A stretch of DNA of 64,000 bases, from positions 48,086-112,085 of the forward strand of contig CAXHJY010001175.1 of assembly GCA_964016885.1 (NCBI GenBank). The letters are read 5' to 3'. Positions 11,201 through 27,000 of this stretch are shown one piece after another. How positions within the stretch are numbered: position 1 is the first letter of the stretch; each line of letters begins with the position of its first letter. Under the pieces are notes generated by a model. That model did not search any database. It was not told the DNA's origin and saw only the letters and a program-made list of their open reading frames with translations. The DNA is from Eledone cirrhosa (Eukaryota). The translations under genes were made by a program, and so were the position numbers.

Positions 11201-14200
11201 AACACGGTTTGGTTCCACAGCCACAACTATTGATTTTACGGAGATATCTTGCTGAAATTCACGCCGCACATAGCCAATGAGTGTCTGCACATGTACCAGT
11301 AATTACAGATCGATCCGACCACGGGCGGCCGGCCCGCGATTGAAAAGGTAACTCCGCCGGCAAATCGTCATTTTTGGATTCGTTTTCTTCGAAGCACACC
11401 ATTCGCCGGCGGACTTTGTTGACGTTTAACACGGTTTGGTTCCACAGCCACAACTATTGATTTTACGGAGATATCTTGCTGAAATTCACGCCGCACATAG
11501 CCAATGGGTGTCTGCACATGTACCAGTAATTACAGATCGATCCGACCACGGGCGGCCGGCCCGCGATTGAAAAGGTAACTCCGCCGGCAAATCGTCATTT
11601 TTGGATTCGTTTTCTTCGAAGCACACCATTCGCCGGCGGACTTTGTTGACGTTTAACACGGTTTGGTTCCACAGCCACAACTATTGAATTCACGGAGATA
11701 TCTTGCTGAAATTCACGCCACACATAGCCAATGAGTGTCTGCACATGTACCAGTAATTACAGATCGATCCGACCACGGGCGGCCGGCCCGCGATTGAAAA
11801 GGTAACTCCGCCGGCAAATCGTCATTTTTGGATTCGTTTTCTTCGAAGCACACCATTCGCCGGCGGACTTTGTTGACGTTTAACACGGTTTGGTTCCACA
11901 GCCACAACTATTGATTTTATGGAGATATCTTGCTGAAATTCACGCCGCACATAGCCAATGAGTGTCTGCACATGTACCAGTAATTACAGATCGATCTGAC
12001 CACGGGCGGCCGGCCCGCGATTGAAAAGGTAACTCCGCCGGCAAATCGTCATTTTTGGATTCGTTTTCTTCGAAGCACACCATTCGCCGGCGGACTTTGT
12101 TGACGTTTAACACGGTTTGGTTCCACAGCCACAACTATTGATTTTACGGAGATATCTTGCTGAAATTCACGCCGCACATAGCCAATGAGTGTCTGCACAT
12201 GTACCAGTAATTACAGATCTATCCGACCACGGGCGGCCGGCCCGCGATTGAAAAGGTAACTCCGCCGGCAAATCGTCATTTTTGGATTCGTTTTCTTCGA
12301 AGCACACCATTCGCCGGCGGACTTTGTTGACGTTTAACACGGTTTGGTTCCACAGCCACAACTATTGATTTTACGGAGATATCTTGCTGAAATTCACGCC
12401 GCACATAGCCAATGAGTGTCTGCACATGTACCAGTAATTACAGATCGATCCGACCACGGGCGGCCGGTCCGCGATTGAAAAGGTAACTCCGCCGGCAAAT
12501 CGTCATTTTTGGATTCGTTTTCTTCGAAGCACACCATTCGCCGGCGGACTTTGTTGACGTTTAACACGGTTTGGTTCCACAGCCACAACTATTGAATTCA
12601 CGGAGATATCTTGCTGAAATTCACGCCACACATAGCCAATGAGTGTCTGCACATGTACCAGTAATTACAGATCGATCCGACCACGGGCGGCCGGCCCGCG
12701 ATTGAAAAGGTAACTCCGCCGGCAAATCGTCATTTTTGGATTCGTTTTCTTCGAAGCACACCATTCGCCGGCGGACTTTGTTGACGTTTAACACGGTTTG
12801 GTTCCACAGCCACAACTATTGATTTTACGGAGATATCTTGCTGAAATTCACGCCGCACATAGCCAATGAGTGTCTGCACATGTACCAGTAATTACAGATC
12901 GATCCGACCACGGGCGGCCGGCCCGCGATTGAAAAGGTAACTCCGCCGGCAAATCGTCATTTTTGGATTCGTTTTCTTCGAAGCACACCATTCGCCGGCG
13001 GACTTTGTTGACGTTTAACACGGTTTGGTTCCACAGCCACAACTATTGATTTTATGGAGATATCTTGCTGAAATTCACGCCGCACATAGCCAATGAGTGT
13101 CTGCACATGTACCAGTAATTACAGATCGATCCGACCACGGGCGGTCGGTCCGCGATTGAAAAGGTAACTCCGCCGGCAAATCGTCATTTTTGGATTCGTT
13201 TTCTTCGAAGCACACCATTCGCCGGCGGACTTTGTTGACGTTTAACACGGTTTGGTTCCACAGCCACAACTATTGAATTCACGGAGATATCTTGCTGAAA
13301 TTCACGCCACACATAGCCAATGAGTGTCTGCACATGTACCAGTAATTACAGATCGATCCGACCACGGGCGGCCGGCCCGCGATTGAAAAGGTAACTCCGC
13401 CGGCAAATCGTCATTTTTGGATTCGTTTTCTTCGAAGCACACCATTCGCCGGCGGACTTTGTTGACGTTTAACACGGTTTGGTTCCACAGCCACAACTAT
13501 TGATTTTACGGAGATATCTTGCTGAAATTCACGCCGCACATAGCCAATGAGTGTCTGCACATGTACCAGTAATTACAGATCGATCCGACCACGGGCGGCC
13601 GGCCCGCGATTGAAAAGGTAACTCCGCCGGCAAATCGTCATTTTTGGATTCGTTTTCTTCGAAGCACACCATTCGCCGGCGGACTTTGTTGACGTTTAAC
13701 ACGGTTTGGTTCCACAGCCACAACTATTGATTTTATGGAGATATCTTGCTGAAATTCACGCCGCACATAGCCAATGAGTGTCTGCACATGTACCAGTAAT
13801 TACAGATCGATCCGACCACGGGCGGTCGGTCCGCGATTGAAAAGGTAACTCCGCCGGCAAATCGTCATTTTTGGATTCGTTTTCTTCGAAGCACACCATT
13901 CGCCGGCGGACTTTGTTGACGTTTAACACGGTTTGGTTCCACAGCCACAACTATTGAATTCACGGAGATATCTTGCTGAAATTCACGCCACACATAGCCA
14001 ATGAGTGTCTGCACATGTACCAGTAATTACAGATCGATCCGACCACGGGCGGCCGGCCCGCGATTGAAAAGGTAACTCCGCCGGCAAATCGTCATTTTTG
14101 GATTCGTTTTCTTCGAAGCACACCATTCGCCGGCGGACTTTGTTGACGTTTAACACGGTTTGGTTCCACAGCCACAACTATTGATTTTACGGAGATATCT

Positions 14201-17200
14201 TGCTGAAATTCACGCCGCACATAGCCAATGAGTGTCTGCACATGTACCAGTAATTACAGATCGATCTGACCACGGGCGGCCGGCCCGCGATTGAAAAGGT
14301 AACTCCGCCGGCAAATCGTCATTTTTGGATTCGTTTTCTTCGAAGCACACCATTCGCCGGCGGACTTTGTTGACGTTTAACACGGTTTGGTTCCACAGCC
14401 ACAACTATTGATTTTACGGAGATATCTTGCTGAAATTCACGCCGCACATAGCCAATGAGTGTCTGCACATGTACCAGTAATTACAGATCTATCCGACCAC
14501 GGGCGGCCGGCCCGCGATTGAAAAGGTAACTCCGCCGGCAAATCGTCATTTTTGGATTCGTTTTCTTCGAAGCACACCATTCGCCGGCGGACTTTGTTGA
14601 CGTTTAACACGGTTTGGTTCCACAGCCACAACTATTGATTTTACGGAGATATCTTGCTGAAATTCACGCCGCACATAGCCAATGAGTGTCTGCACATGTA
14701 CCAGTAATTACAGATCGATCCGACCACGGGCGGCCGGTCCGCGATTGAAAAGGTAACTCCGCCGGCAAATCGTCATTTTTGGATTCGTTTTCTTCGAAGC
14801 ACACCATTCGCCGGCGGACTTTGTTGACGTTTAACACGGTTTGGTTCCACAGCCACAACTATTGAATTCACGGAGATATCTTGCTGAAATTCACGCCACA
14901 CATAGCCAATGAGTGTCTGCACATGTACCAGCAATTACAGATCGATCCGACCACGGGCGGCCGGCCCGCGATTGAAAAGGTAACTCCGCCGGCAAATCGT
15001 CATTTTTGGATTCGTTTTCTTCGAAGCACACCATTCGCCGGCGGACTTTGTTGACGTTTAACACGGTTTGGTTCCACAGCCACAACTATTGATTTTACGG
15101 AGATATCTTGCTGAAATTCACGCCGCACATAGCCAATGAGTGTCTGCACATGTACCAGTAATTACAGATCGATCCGACCACGGGCGGCCGGCCCGCGATT
15201 GAAAAGGTAACTCCGCCGGCAAATCGTCATTTTTGGATTCGTTTTCTTCGAAGCACACCATTCGCCGGCGGACTTTGTTGACGTTTAACACGGTTTGGTT
15301 CCACAGCCACAACTATTGATTTTACGGAGATATCTTGCTGAAATTCACGCCGCACATAGCCAATGGGTGTCTGCACATGTACCAGTAATTACAGATCGAT
15401 CCGACCACGGGCGGCCGGCCCGCGATTGAAAAGGTAACTCCGCCGGCAAATCGTCATTTTTGGATTCGTTTTCTTCGAAGCACACCATTCGCCGGCGGAC
15501 TTTGTTGACGTTTAACACGGTTTGGTTCCACAGCCACAACTATTGATTTTATGGAGATATCTTGCTGAAATTCACGCCGCACATAGCCAATGAGTGTCTG
15601 CACATGTACCAGTAATTACAGATCGATCCGACCACGGGCGGCCGGTCCGCGATTGAAAAGGTAACTCCGCCGGCAAATCGTCATTTTTGGATTCGTTTTC
15701 TTCGAAGCACACCATTCGCCGGCGGACTTTGTTGACGTTTAACACGGTTTGGTTCCACAGCCACAACTATTGAATTCACGGAGATATCTTGCTGAAATTC
15801 ACGCCACACATAGCCAATGAGTGTCTGCACATGTACCAGTAATTACAGATCGATCCGACCACGGGCGGCCGGCCCGCGATTGAAAAGGTAACTCCGCCGG
15901 CAAATCGTCATTTTTGGATTCGTTTTCTTCGAAGCACACCATTCGCCGGCGGACTTTGTTGACGTTTAACACGGTTTGGTTCCACAGCCACAACTATTGA
16001 TTTTACGGAGATATCTTGCTGAAATTCACGCCGCACATAGCCAATGAGTGTCTGCACATGTACCAGTAATTACAGATCGATCTGACCACGGGCGGCCGGC
16101 CCGCGATTGAAAAGGTAACTCCGCCGGCAAATCGTCATTTTTGGATTCGTTTTCTTCGAAGCACACCATTCGCCGGCGGACTTTGTTGACGTTTAACACG
16201 GTTTGGTTCCACAGCCACAACTATTGATTTTACGGAGATATCTTGCTGAAATTCACGCCGCACATAGCCAATGAGTGTCTGCACATGTACCAGTAATTAC
16301 AGATCTATCCGACCACGGGCGGCCGGCCCGCGATTGAAAAGGTAACTCCGCCGGCAAATCGTCATTTTTGGATTCGTTTTCTTCGAAGCACACCATTCGC
16401 CGGCGGACTTTGTTGACGTTTAACACGGTTTGGTTCCACAGCCACAACTATTGATTTTACGGAGATATCTTGCTGAAATTCACGCCGCACATAGCCAATG
16501 AGTGTCTGCACATGTACCAGTAATTACAGATCGATCCGACCACGGGCGGCCGGCCCGCGATTGAAAAGGTAACTCCGCCGGCAAATCGTCATTTTTGGAT
16601 TCGTTTTCTTCGAAGCACACCATTCGCCGGCGGACTTTGTTGACGTTTAACACGGTTTGGTTCCACAGCCACAACTATTGATTTTACGGAGATATCTTGC
16701 TGAAATTCACGCCGCACATAGCCAATGGGTGTCTGCACATGTACCAGTAATTACAGATCGATCCGACCACGGGCGGCCGGCCCGCGATTGAAAAGGTAAC
16801 TCCGCCGGCAAATCGTCATTTTTGGATTCGTTTTCTTCGAAGCACACCATTCGCCGGCGGACTTTGTTGACGTTTAACACGGTTTGGTTCCACAGCCACA
16901 ACTATTGAATTCACGGAGATATCTTGCTGAAATTCACGCCACACATAGCCAATGAGTGTCTGCACATGTACCAGTAATTACAGATCGATCCGACCACGGG
17001 CGGCCGGCCCGCGATTGAAAAGGTAACTCCGCCGGCAAATCGTCATTTTTGGATTCGTTTTCTTCGAAGCACACCATTCGCCGGCGGACTTTGTTGACGT
17101 TTAACACGGTTTGGTTCCACAGCCACAACTATTGATTTTATGGAGATATCTTGCTGAAATTCACGCCGCACATAGCCAATGAGTGTCTGCACATGTACCA

Positions 17201-18036
17201 GTAATTACAGATCGATCTGACCACGGGCGGCCGGCCCGCGATTGAAAAGGTAACTCCGCCGGCAAATCGTCATTTTTGGATTCGTTTTCTTCGAAGCACA
17301 CCATTCGCCGGCGGACTTTGTTGACGTTTAACACGGTTTGGTTCCACAGCCACAACTATTGATTTTACGGAGATATCTTGCTGAAATTCACGCCGCACAT
17401 AGCCAATGAGTGTCTGCACATGTACCAGTAATTACAGATCTATCCGACCACGGGCGGCCGGCCCGCGATTGAAAAGGTAACTCCGCCGGCAAATCGTCAT
17501 TTTTGGATTCGTTTTCTTCGAAGCACACCATTCGCCGGCGGACTTTGTTGACGTTTAACACGGTTTGGTTCCACAGCCACAACTATTGATTTTACGGAGA
17601 TATCTTGCTGAAATTCACGCCGCACATAGCCAATGAGTGTCTGCACATGTACCAGTAATTACAGATCGATCCGACCACGGGCGGCCGGTCCGCGATTGAA
17701 AAGGTAACTCCGCCGGCAAATCGTCATTTTTGGATTCGTTTTCTTCGAAGCACACCATTCGCCGGCGGACTTTGTTGACGTTTAACACGGTTTGGTTCCA
17801 CAGCCACAACTATTGAATTCACGGAGATATCTTGCTGAAATTCACGCCACACATAGCCAATGAGTGTCTGCACATGTACCAGTAATTACAGATCGATCCG
17901 ACCACGGGCGGCCGGCCCGCGATTGAAAAGGTAACTCCGCCGGCAAATCGTCATTTTTGGATTCGTTTTCTTCGAAGCACACCATTCGCCGGCGGACTTT
18001 GTTGACGTTTAACACGGTTTGGTTCCACAGCCACAA
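8276..18036. repeat. 20-monomer segment duplicated at a 5221-bp (23-unit) offset: 8276-12815 and 13497-18036
   Basis: Identical order of rare markers: 116T at 8515/13736, 10331/15552 and 11920/17141; the 206T unit; the 177C unit (ORF track IAG at 9670/14891); and the 157G units. Confidence 0.85.
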
Positions 18037-21000
18037 CTATTGATTTTACGGAGATATCTTGCTGAAATTCACGCCGCACATAGCCAATGAGTGTCTGCAC
18101 ATGTACCAGTAATTACAGATCGATCTGACCACGGGCGGCCGGCCCGCGATTGAAAAGGTAACTCCGCCGGCAAATCGTCATTTTTGGATTCGTTTTCTTC
18201 GAAGCACACCATTCGCCGGCGGACTTTGTTGACGTTTAACACGGTTTGGTTCCACAGCCACAACTATTGATTTTACGGAGATATCTTGCTGAAATTCACG
18301 CCGCACATAGCCAATGAGTGTCTGCACATGTACCAGTAATTACAGATCTATCCGACCACGGGCGGCCGGCCCGCGATTGAAAAGGTAACTCCGCCGGCAA
18401 ATCGTCATTTTTGGATTCGTTTTCTTCGAAGCACACCATTCGCCGGCGGACTTTGTTGACGTTTAACACGGTTTGGTTCCACAGCCACAACTATTGATTT
18501 TACGGAGATATCTTGCTGAAATTCACGCCGCACATAGCCAATGAGTGTCTGCACATGTACCAGTAATTACAGATCGATCCGACCACGGGCGGCCGGTCCG
18601 CGATTGAAAAGGTAACTCCGCCGGCAAATCGTCATTTTTGGATTCGTTTTCTTCGAAGCACACCATTCGCCGGCGGACTTTGTTGACGTTTAACACGGTT
18701 TGGTTCCACAGCCACAACTATTGAATTCACGGAGATATCTTGCTGAAATTCACGCCACACATAGCCAATGAGTGTCTGCACATGTACCAGTAATTACAGA
18801 TCGATCCGACCACGGGCGGCCGGCCCGCGATTGAAAAGGTAACTCCGCCGGCAAATCGTCATTTTTGGATTCGTTTTCTTCGAAGCACACCATTCGCCGG
18901 CGGACTTTGTTGACGTTTAACACGGTTTGGTTCCACAGCCACAACTATTGATTTTACGGAGATATCTTGCTGAAATTCACGCCGCACATAGCCAATGAGT
19001 GTCTGCACATGTACCAGTAATTACAGATCGATCCGACCACGGGCGGCCGGCCCGCGATTGAAAAGGTAACTCCGCCGGCAAATCGTCATTTTTGGATTCG
19101 TTTTCTTCGAAGCACACCATTCGCCGGCGGACATTGTTGACGTTTAACACGGTTTGGTTCCACAGCCACAACTATTGATTTTACGGAGATATCTTGCTGA
19201 AATTCACGCCACACATAGCCAATGAGTGTCTGCACATGTACCAGTAATTACAGATCGATCCGACCACGGGCGGCCGGCCCGCGATTGAAAAGGTAACTCC
19301 GCCGGCAAATCGTCATTTTTGGATTCGTTTTCTTCGAAGCACACCATTCGCCGGCGGACTTTGTTGACGTTTAACACGGTTTGGTTCCACAGCCACAACT
19401 ATTGAATTCACGGAGATATCTTGCTGAAATTCACGCCACACATAGCCAATGAGTGTCTGCACATGTACCAGTAATTACAGATCGATCCGACCACGGGCGG
19501 CCGGCCCGCGATTGAAAAGGTAACTCCGCCGGCAAATCGTCATTTTTGGATTCGTTTTCTTCGAAGCACACCATTCGCCGGCGGACATTGTTGACGTTTA
19601 ACACGGTTTGGTTCCACAGCCACAACTATTGATTTTACGGAGATATCTTGCTGAAATTCACGCCACACATAGCCAATGAGTGTCTGCACATGTACCAGTA
19701 ATTACAGATCGATCCGACCACGGGCGGCCGGCCCGCGATTGAAAAGGTAACTCCGCCGGCAAATCGTCATTTTTGGATTCGTTTTCTTCGAAGCACACCA
19801 TTCGCCGGCGGACTTTGTTGACGTTTAACACGGTTTGGTTCCACAGCCACAACTATTGAATTTACGGAGATATCTTGCTGAAATTCACGCCACACATAGC
19901 CAATGAGTGTCTGCACATGTACCAGTAATTACAGATCGATCCGACCACGGGCGGCCGGCCCGCGATTGAAAAGGTAACTCCGCCGGCAAATCGTCATTTT
20001 TGGATTCGTTTTCTTCGAAGCACACCATTCGCCGGCGGACTTTGTTGACGTTTAACACGGTTTGGTTCCACAGCCACAACTATTGATTTTATGGAGATAT
20101 CTTGCTGAAATTCACGCCGCACATAGCCAATGAGTGTCTGCACATGTACCAGTAATTACAGATCGATCCGACCACGGGCGGCCGGTCCGCGATTGAAAAG
20201 GTAACTCCGCCGGCAAATCGTCATTTTTGGATTCGTTTTCTTCGAAGCACACCATTCGCCGGCGGACTTTGTTGACGTTTAACACGGTTTGGTTCCACAG
20301 CCACAACTATTGAATTCACGGAGATATCTTGCTGAAATTCACGCCACACATAGCCAATGAGTGTCTGCACATGTACCAGTAATTACAGATCGATCCGACC
20401 ACGGGCGGCCGGCCCGCGATTGAAAAGGTAACTCCGCCGGCAAATCGTCATTTTTGGATTCGTTTTCTTCGAAGCACACCATTCGCCGGCGGACTTTGTT
20501 GACGTTTAACACGGTTTGGTTCCACAGCCACAACTATTGATTTTACGGAGATATCTTGCTGAAATTCACGCCGCACATAGCCAATGAGTGTCTGCACATG
20601 TACCAGTAATTACAGATCGATCTGACCACGGGCGGCCGGCCCGCGATTGAAAAGGTAACTCCGCCGGCAAATCGTCATTTTTGGATTCGTTTTCTTCGAA
20701 GCACACCATTCGCCGGCGGACTTTGTTGACGTTTAACACGGTTTGGTTCCACAGCCACAACTATTGATTTTACGGAGATATCTTGCTGAAATTCACGCCG
20801 CACATAGCCAATGAGTGTCTGCACATGTACCAGTAATTACAGATCTATCCGACCACGGGCGGCCGGCCCGCGATTGAAAAGGTAACTCCGCCGGCAAATC
20901 GTCATTTTTGGATTCGTTTTCTTCGAAGCACACCATTCGCCGGCGGACTTTGTTGACGTTTAACACGGTTTGGTTCCACAGCCACAACTATTGATTTTAC

Positions 21001-24000
21001 GGAGATATCTTGCTGAAATTCACGCCGCACATAGCCAATGAGTGTCTGCACATGTACCAGTAATTACAGATCGATCCGACCACGGGCGGCCGGTCCGCGA
21101 TTGAAAAGGTAACTCCGCCGGCAAATCGTCATTTTTGGATTCGTTTTCTTCGAAGCACACCATTCGCCGGCGGACTTTGTTGACGTTTAACACGGTTTGG
21201 TTCCACAGCCACAACTATTGAATTCACGGAGATATCTTGCTGAAATTCACGCCACACATAGCCAATGAGTGTCTGCACATGTACCAGTAATTACAGATCG
21301 ATCCGACCACGGGCGGCCGGCCCGCGATTGAAAAGGTAACTCCGCCGGCAAATCGTCATTTTTGGATTCGTTTTCTTCGAAGCACACCATTCGCCGGCGG
21401 ACTTTGTTGACGTTTAACACGGTTTGGTTCCACAGCCACAACTATTGATTTTACGGAGATATCTTGCTGAAATTCACGCCACACATAGCCAATGAGTGTC
21501 TGCACATGTACCAGTAATTACAGATCGATCCGACCACGGGCGGCCGGCCCGCGATTGAAAAGGTAACTCCGCCGGCAAATCGTCATTTTTGGATTCGTTT
21601 TCTTCGAAGCACACCATTCGCCGGCGGACTTTGTTGACGTTTAACACGGTTTGGTTCCACAGCCACAACTATTGATTTTACGGAGATATCTTGCTGAAAT
21701 TCACGCCGCACATAGCCAATGAGTGTCTGCACATGTACCAGTAATTACAGATCGATCTGACCACGGGCGGCCGGCCCGCGATTGAAAAGGTAACTCCGCC
21801 GGCAAATCGTCATTTTTGGATTCGTTTTCTTCGAAGCACACCATTCGCCGGCGGACTTTGTTGACGTTTAACACGGTTTGGTTCCACAGCCACAACTATT
21901 GATTTTACGGAGATATCTTGCTGAAATTCACGCCGCACATAGCCAATGAGTGTCTGCACATGTACCAGTAATTACAGATCTATCCGACCACGGGCGGCCG
22001 GCCCGCGATTGAAAAGGTAACTCCGCCGGCAAATCGTCATTTTTGGATTCGTTTTCTTCGAAGCACACCATTCGCCGGCGGACTTTGTTGACGTTTAACA
22101 CGGTTTGGTTCCACAGCCACAACTATTGATTTTACGGAGATATCTTGCTGAAATTCACGCCGCACATAGCCAATGAGTGTCTGCACATGTACCAGTAATT
22201 ACAGATCGATCCGACCACGGGCGGCCGGTCCGCGATTGAAAAGGTAACTCCGCCGGCAAATCGTCATTTTTGGATTCGTTTTCTTCGAAGCACACCATTC
22301 GCCGGCGGACTTTGTTGACGTTTAACACGGTTTGGTTCCACAGCCACAACTATTGAATTCACGGAGATATCTTGCTGAAATTCACGCCACACATAGCCAA
22401 TGAGTGTCTGCACATGTACCAGCAATTACAGATCGATCCGACCACGGGCGGCCGGCCCGCGATTGAAAAGGTAACTCCGCCGGCAAATCGTCATTTTTGG
22501 ATTCGTTTTCTTCGAAGCACACCATTCGCCGGCGGACTTTGTTGACGTTTAACACGGTTTGGTTCCACAGCCACAACTATTGATTTTACGGAGATATCTT
22601 GCTGAAATTCACGCCGCACATAGCCAATGAGTGTCTGCACATGTACCAGTAATTACAGATCGATCCGACCACGGGCGGCCGGCCCGCGATTGAAAAGGTA
22701 ACTCCGCCGGCAAATCGTCATTTTTGGATTCGTTTTCTTCGAAGCACACCATTCGCCGGCGGACTTTGTTGACGTTTAACACGGTTTGGTTCCACAGCCA
22801 CAACTATTGATTTTACGGAGATATCTTGCTGAAATTCACGCCGCACATAGCCAATGGGTGTCTGCACATGTACCAGTAATTACAGATCGATCCGACCACG
22901 GGCGGCCGGCCCGCGATTGAAAAGGTAACTCCGCCGGCAAATCGTCATTTTTGGATTCGTTTTCTTCGAAGCACACCATTCGCCGGCGGACTTTGTTGAC
23001 GTTTAACACGGTTTGGTTCCACAGCCACAACTATTGAATTCACGGAGATATCTTGCTGAAATTCACGCCACACATAGCCAATGAGTGTCTGCACATGTAC
23101 CAGTAATTACAGATCGATCCGACCACGGGCGGCCGGCCCGCAATTGAAAAGGTAACTCCGCCGGCAAATCGTCATTTTTGGATTCGTTTTCTTCGAAGCA
23201 CACCATTCGCCGGCGGACTTTGTTGACGTTTAACACGGTTTGGTTCCACAGCCACAACTATTGATTTTACGGAGATATCTTGCTGAAATTCACGCCGCAC
23301 ATAGCCAATGAGTGTCTGCACATGTACCAGTAATTACAGATCGATCCGACCACGGGCGGCCGGCCCGCGATTGAAAAGGTAACTCCGCCGGCAAATCGTC
23401 ATTTTTGGATTCGTTTTCTTCGAAGCACACCATTTGCCGGCGGACTTTGTTGACGTTTAACACGGTTTGGTTCCACAGCCACAACTATTGATTTTATGGA
23501 GATATCTTGCTGAAATTCACGCCGCACATAGCCAATGAGTGTCTGCACATGTACCAGTAATTACAGATCGATCCGACCACGGGCGGCCGGTCCGCGATTG
23601 AAAAGGTAACTCCGCCGGCAAATCGTCATTTTTGGATTCGTTTTCTTCGAAGCACACCATTCGCCGGCGGACTTTGTTGACGTTTAACACGGTTTGGTTC
23701 CACAGCCACAACTATTGAATTCACGGAGATATCTTGCTGAAATTCACGCCACACATAGCCAATGAGTGTCTGCACATGTACCAGTAATTACAGATCGATC
23801 CGACCACGGGCGGCCGGCCCGCGATTGAAAAGGTAACTCCGCCGGCAAATCGTCATTTTTGGATTCGTTTTCTTCGAAGCACACCATTCGCCGGCGGACT
23901 TTGTTGACGTTTAACACGGTTTGGTTCCACAGCCACAACTATTGATTTTACGGAGATATCTTGCTGAAATTCACGCCGCACATAGCCAATGAGTGTCTGC

Positions 24001-27000
24001 ACATGTACCAGTAATTACAGATCGATCTGACCACGGGCGGCCGGCCCGCGATTGAAAAGGTAACTCCGCCGGCAAATCGTCATTTTTGGATTCGTTTTCT
24101 TCGAAGCACACCATTCGCCGGCGGACTTTGTTGACGTTTAACACGGTTTGGTTCCACAGCCACAACTATTGATTTTACGGAGATATCTTGCTGAAATTCA
24201 CGCCGCACATAGCCAATGAGTGTCTGCACATGTACCAGTAATTACAGATCTATCCGACCACGGGCGGCCGGCCCGCGATTGAAAAGGTAACTCCGCCGGC
24301 AAATCGTCATTTTTGGATTCGTTTTCTTCGAAGCACACCATTCGCCGGCGGACTTTGTTGACGTTTAACACGGTTTGGTTCCACAGCCACAACTATTGAA
24401 TTCACGGAGATATCTTGCTGAAATTCACGCCACACATAGCCAATGAGTGTCTGCACATGTACCAGTAATTACAGATCGATCCGACCACGGGCGGCCGGCC
24501 CGCGATTGAAAAGGTAACTCCGCCGGCAAATCGTCATTTTTGGATTCGTTTTCTTCGAAGCACACCATTCGCCGGCGGACTTTGTTGACGTTTAACACGG
24601 TTTGGTTCCACAGCCACAACTATTGATTTTACGGAGATATCTTGCTGAAATTCACGCCGCACATAGCCAATGAGTGTCTGCACATGTACCAGTAATTACA
24701 GATCGATCCGACCACGGGCGGCCGGCCCGCGATTGAAAAGGTAACTCCGCCGGCAAATCGTCATTTTTGGATTCGTTTTCTTCGAAGCACACCATTCGCC
24801 GGCGGACTTTGTTGACGTTTAACACGGTTTGGTTCCACAGCCACAACTATTGATTTTACGGAGATATCTTGCTGAAATTCACGCCGCACATAGCCAATGG
24901 GTGTCTGCACATGTACCAGTAATTACAGATCGATCCGACCACGGGCGGCCGGCCCGCGATTGAAAAGGTAACTCCGCCGGCAAATCGTCATTTTTGGATT
25001 CGTTTTCTTCGAAGCACACCATTCGCCGGCGGACATTGTTGACGTTTAACACGGTTTGGTTCCACAGCCACAACTATTGATTTTACGGAGATATCTTGCT
25101 GAAATTCACGCCACACATAGCCAATGAGTGTCTGCACATGTACCAGTAATTACAGATCGATCCGACCACGGGCGGCCGGCCCGCGATTGAAAAGGTAACT
25201 CCGCCGGCAAATCGTCATTTTTGGATTCGTTTTCTTCGAAGCACACCATTCGCCGGCGGACTTTGTTGACGTTTAACACGGTTTGGTTCCACAGCCACAA
25301 CTATTGATTTTACGGAGATATCTTGCTGAAATTCACGCCGCACATAGCCAATGAGTGTCTGCACATGTACCAGTAATTACAGATCTATCCGACCACGGGC
25401 GGCCGGCCCGCGATTGAAAAGGTAACTCCGCCGGCAAATCGTCATTTTTGGATTCGTTTTCTTCGAAGCACACCATTCGCCGGCGGACTTTGTTGACGTT
25501 TAACACGGTTTGGTTCCACAGCCACAACTATTGATTTTACGGAGATATCTTGCTGAAATTCACGCCGCACATAGCCAATGAGTGTCTGCACATGTACCAG
25601 TAATTACAGATCGATCCGACCACGGGCGGCCGGTCCGCGATTGAAAAGGTAACTCCGCCGGCAAATCGTCATTTTTGGATTCGTTTTCTTCGAAGCACAC
25701 CATTCGCCGGCGGACTTTGTTGACGTTTAACACGGTTTGGTTCCACAGCCACAACTATTGAATTCACGGAGATATCTTGCTGAAATTCACGCCACACATA
25801 GCCAATGAGTGTCTGCACATGTACCAGTAATTACAGATCGATCCGACCACGGGCGGCCGGCCCGCGATTGAAAAGGTAACTCCGCCGGCAAATCGTCATT
25901 TTTGGATTCGTTTTCTTCGAAGCACACCATTCGCCGGCGGACTTTGTTGACGTTTAACACGGTTTGGTTCCACAGCCACAACTATTGATTTTACGGAGAT
26001 ATCTTGCTGAAATTCACGCCGCACATAGCCAATGAGTGTCTGCACATGTACCAGTAATTACAGATCGATCCGACCACGGGCGGCCGGCCCGCGATTGAAA
26101 AGGTAACTCCGCCGGCAAATCGTCATTTTTGGATTCGTTTTCTTCGAAGCACACCATTCGCCGGCGGACTTTGTTGACGTTTAACACGGTTTGGTTCCAC
26201 AGCCACAACTATTGATTTTACGGAGATATCTTGCTGAAATTCACGCCGCACATAGCCAATGGGTGTCTGCACATGTACCAGTAATTACAGATCGATCCGA
26301 CCACGGGCGGCCGGCCCGCGATTGAAAAGGTAACTCCGCCGGCAAATCGTCATTTTTGGATTCGTTTTCTTCGAAGCACACCATTCGCCGGCGGACATTG
26401 TTGACGTTTAACACGGTTTGGTTCCACAGCCACAACTATTGATTTTACGGAGATATCTTGCTGAAATTCACGCCACACATAGCCAATGAGTGTCTGCACA
26501 TGTACCAGTAATTACAGATCGATCCGACCACGGGCGGCCGGCCCGCGATTGAAAAGGTAACTCCGCCGGCAAATCGTCATTTTTGGATTCGTTTTCTTCG
26601 AAGCACACCATTCGCCGGCGGACTTTGTTGACGTTTAACACGGTTTGGTTCCACAGCCACAACTATTGATTTTACGGAGATATCTTGCTGAAATTCACGC
26701 CGCACATAGCCAATGAGTGTCTGCACATGTACCAGTAATTACAGATCGATCCGACCACGGGCGGCCGGCCCGCGATTGAAAAGGTAACTCCGCCGGCAAA
26801 TCGTCATTTTTGGATTCGTTTTCTTCGAAGCACACCATTCGCCGGCGGACTTTGTTGACGTTTAACACGGTTTGGTTCCACAGCCACAACTATTGAATTT
26901 ACGGAGATATCTTGCTGAAATTCACGCCACACATAGCCAATGAGTGTCTGCACATGTACCAGTAATTACAGATCGATCCGACCACGGGCGGCCGGCCCGC

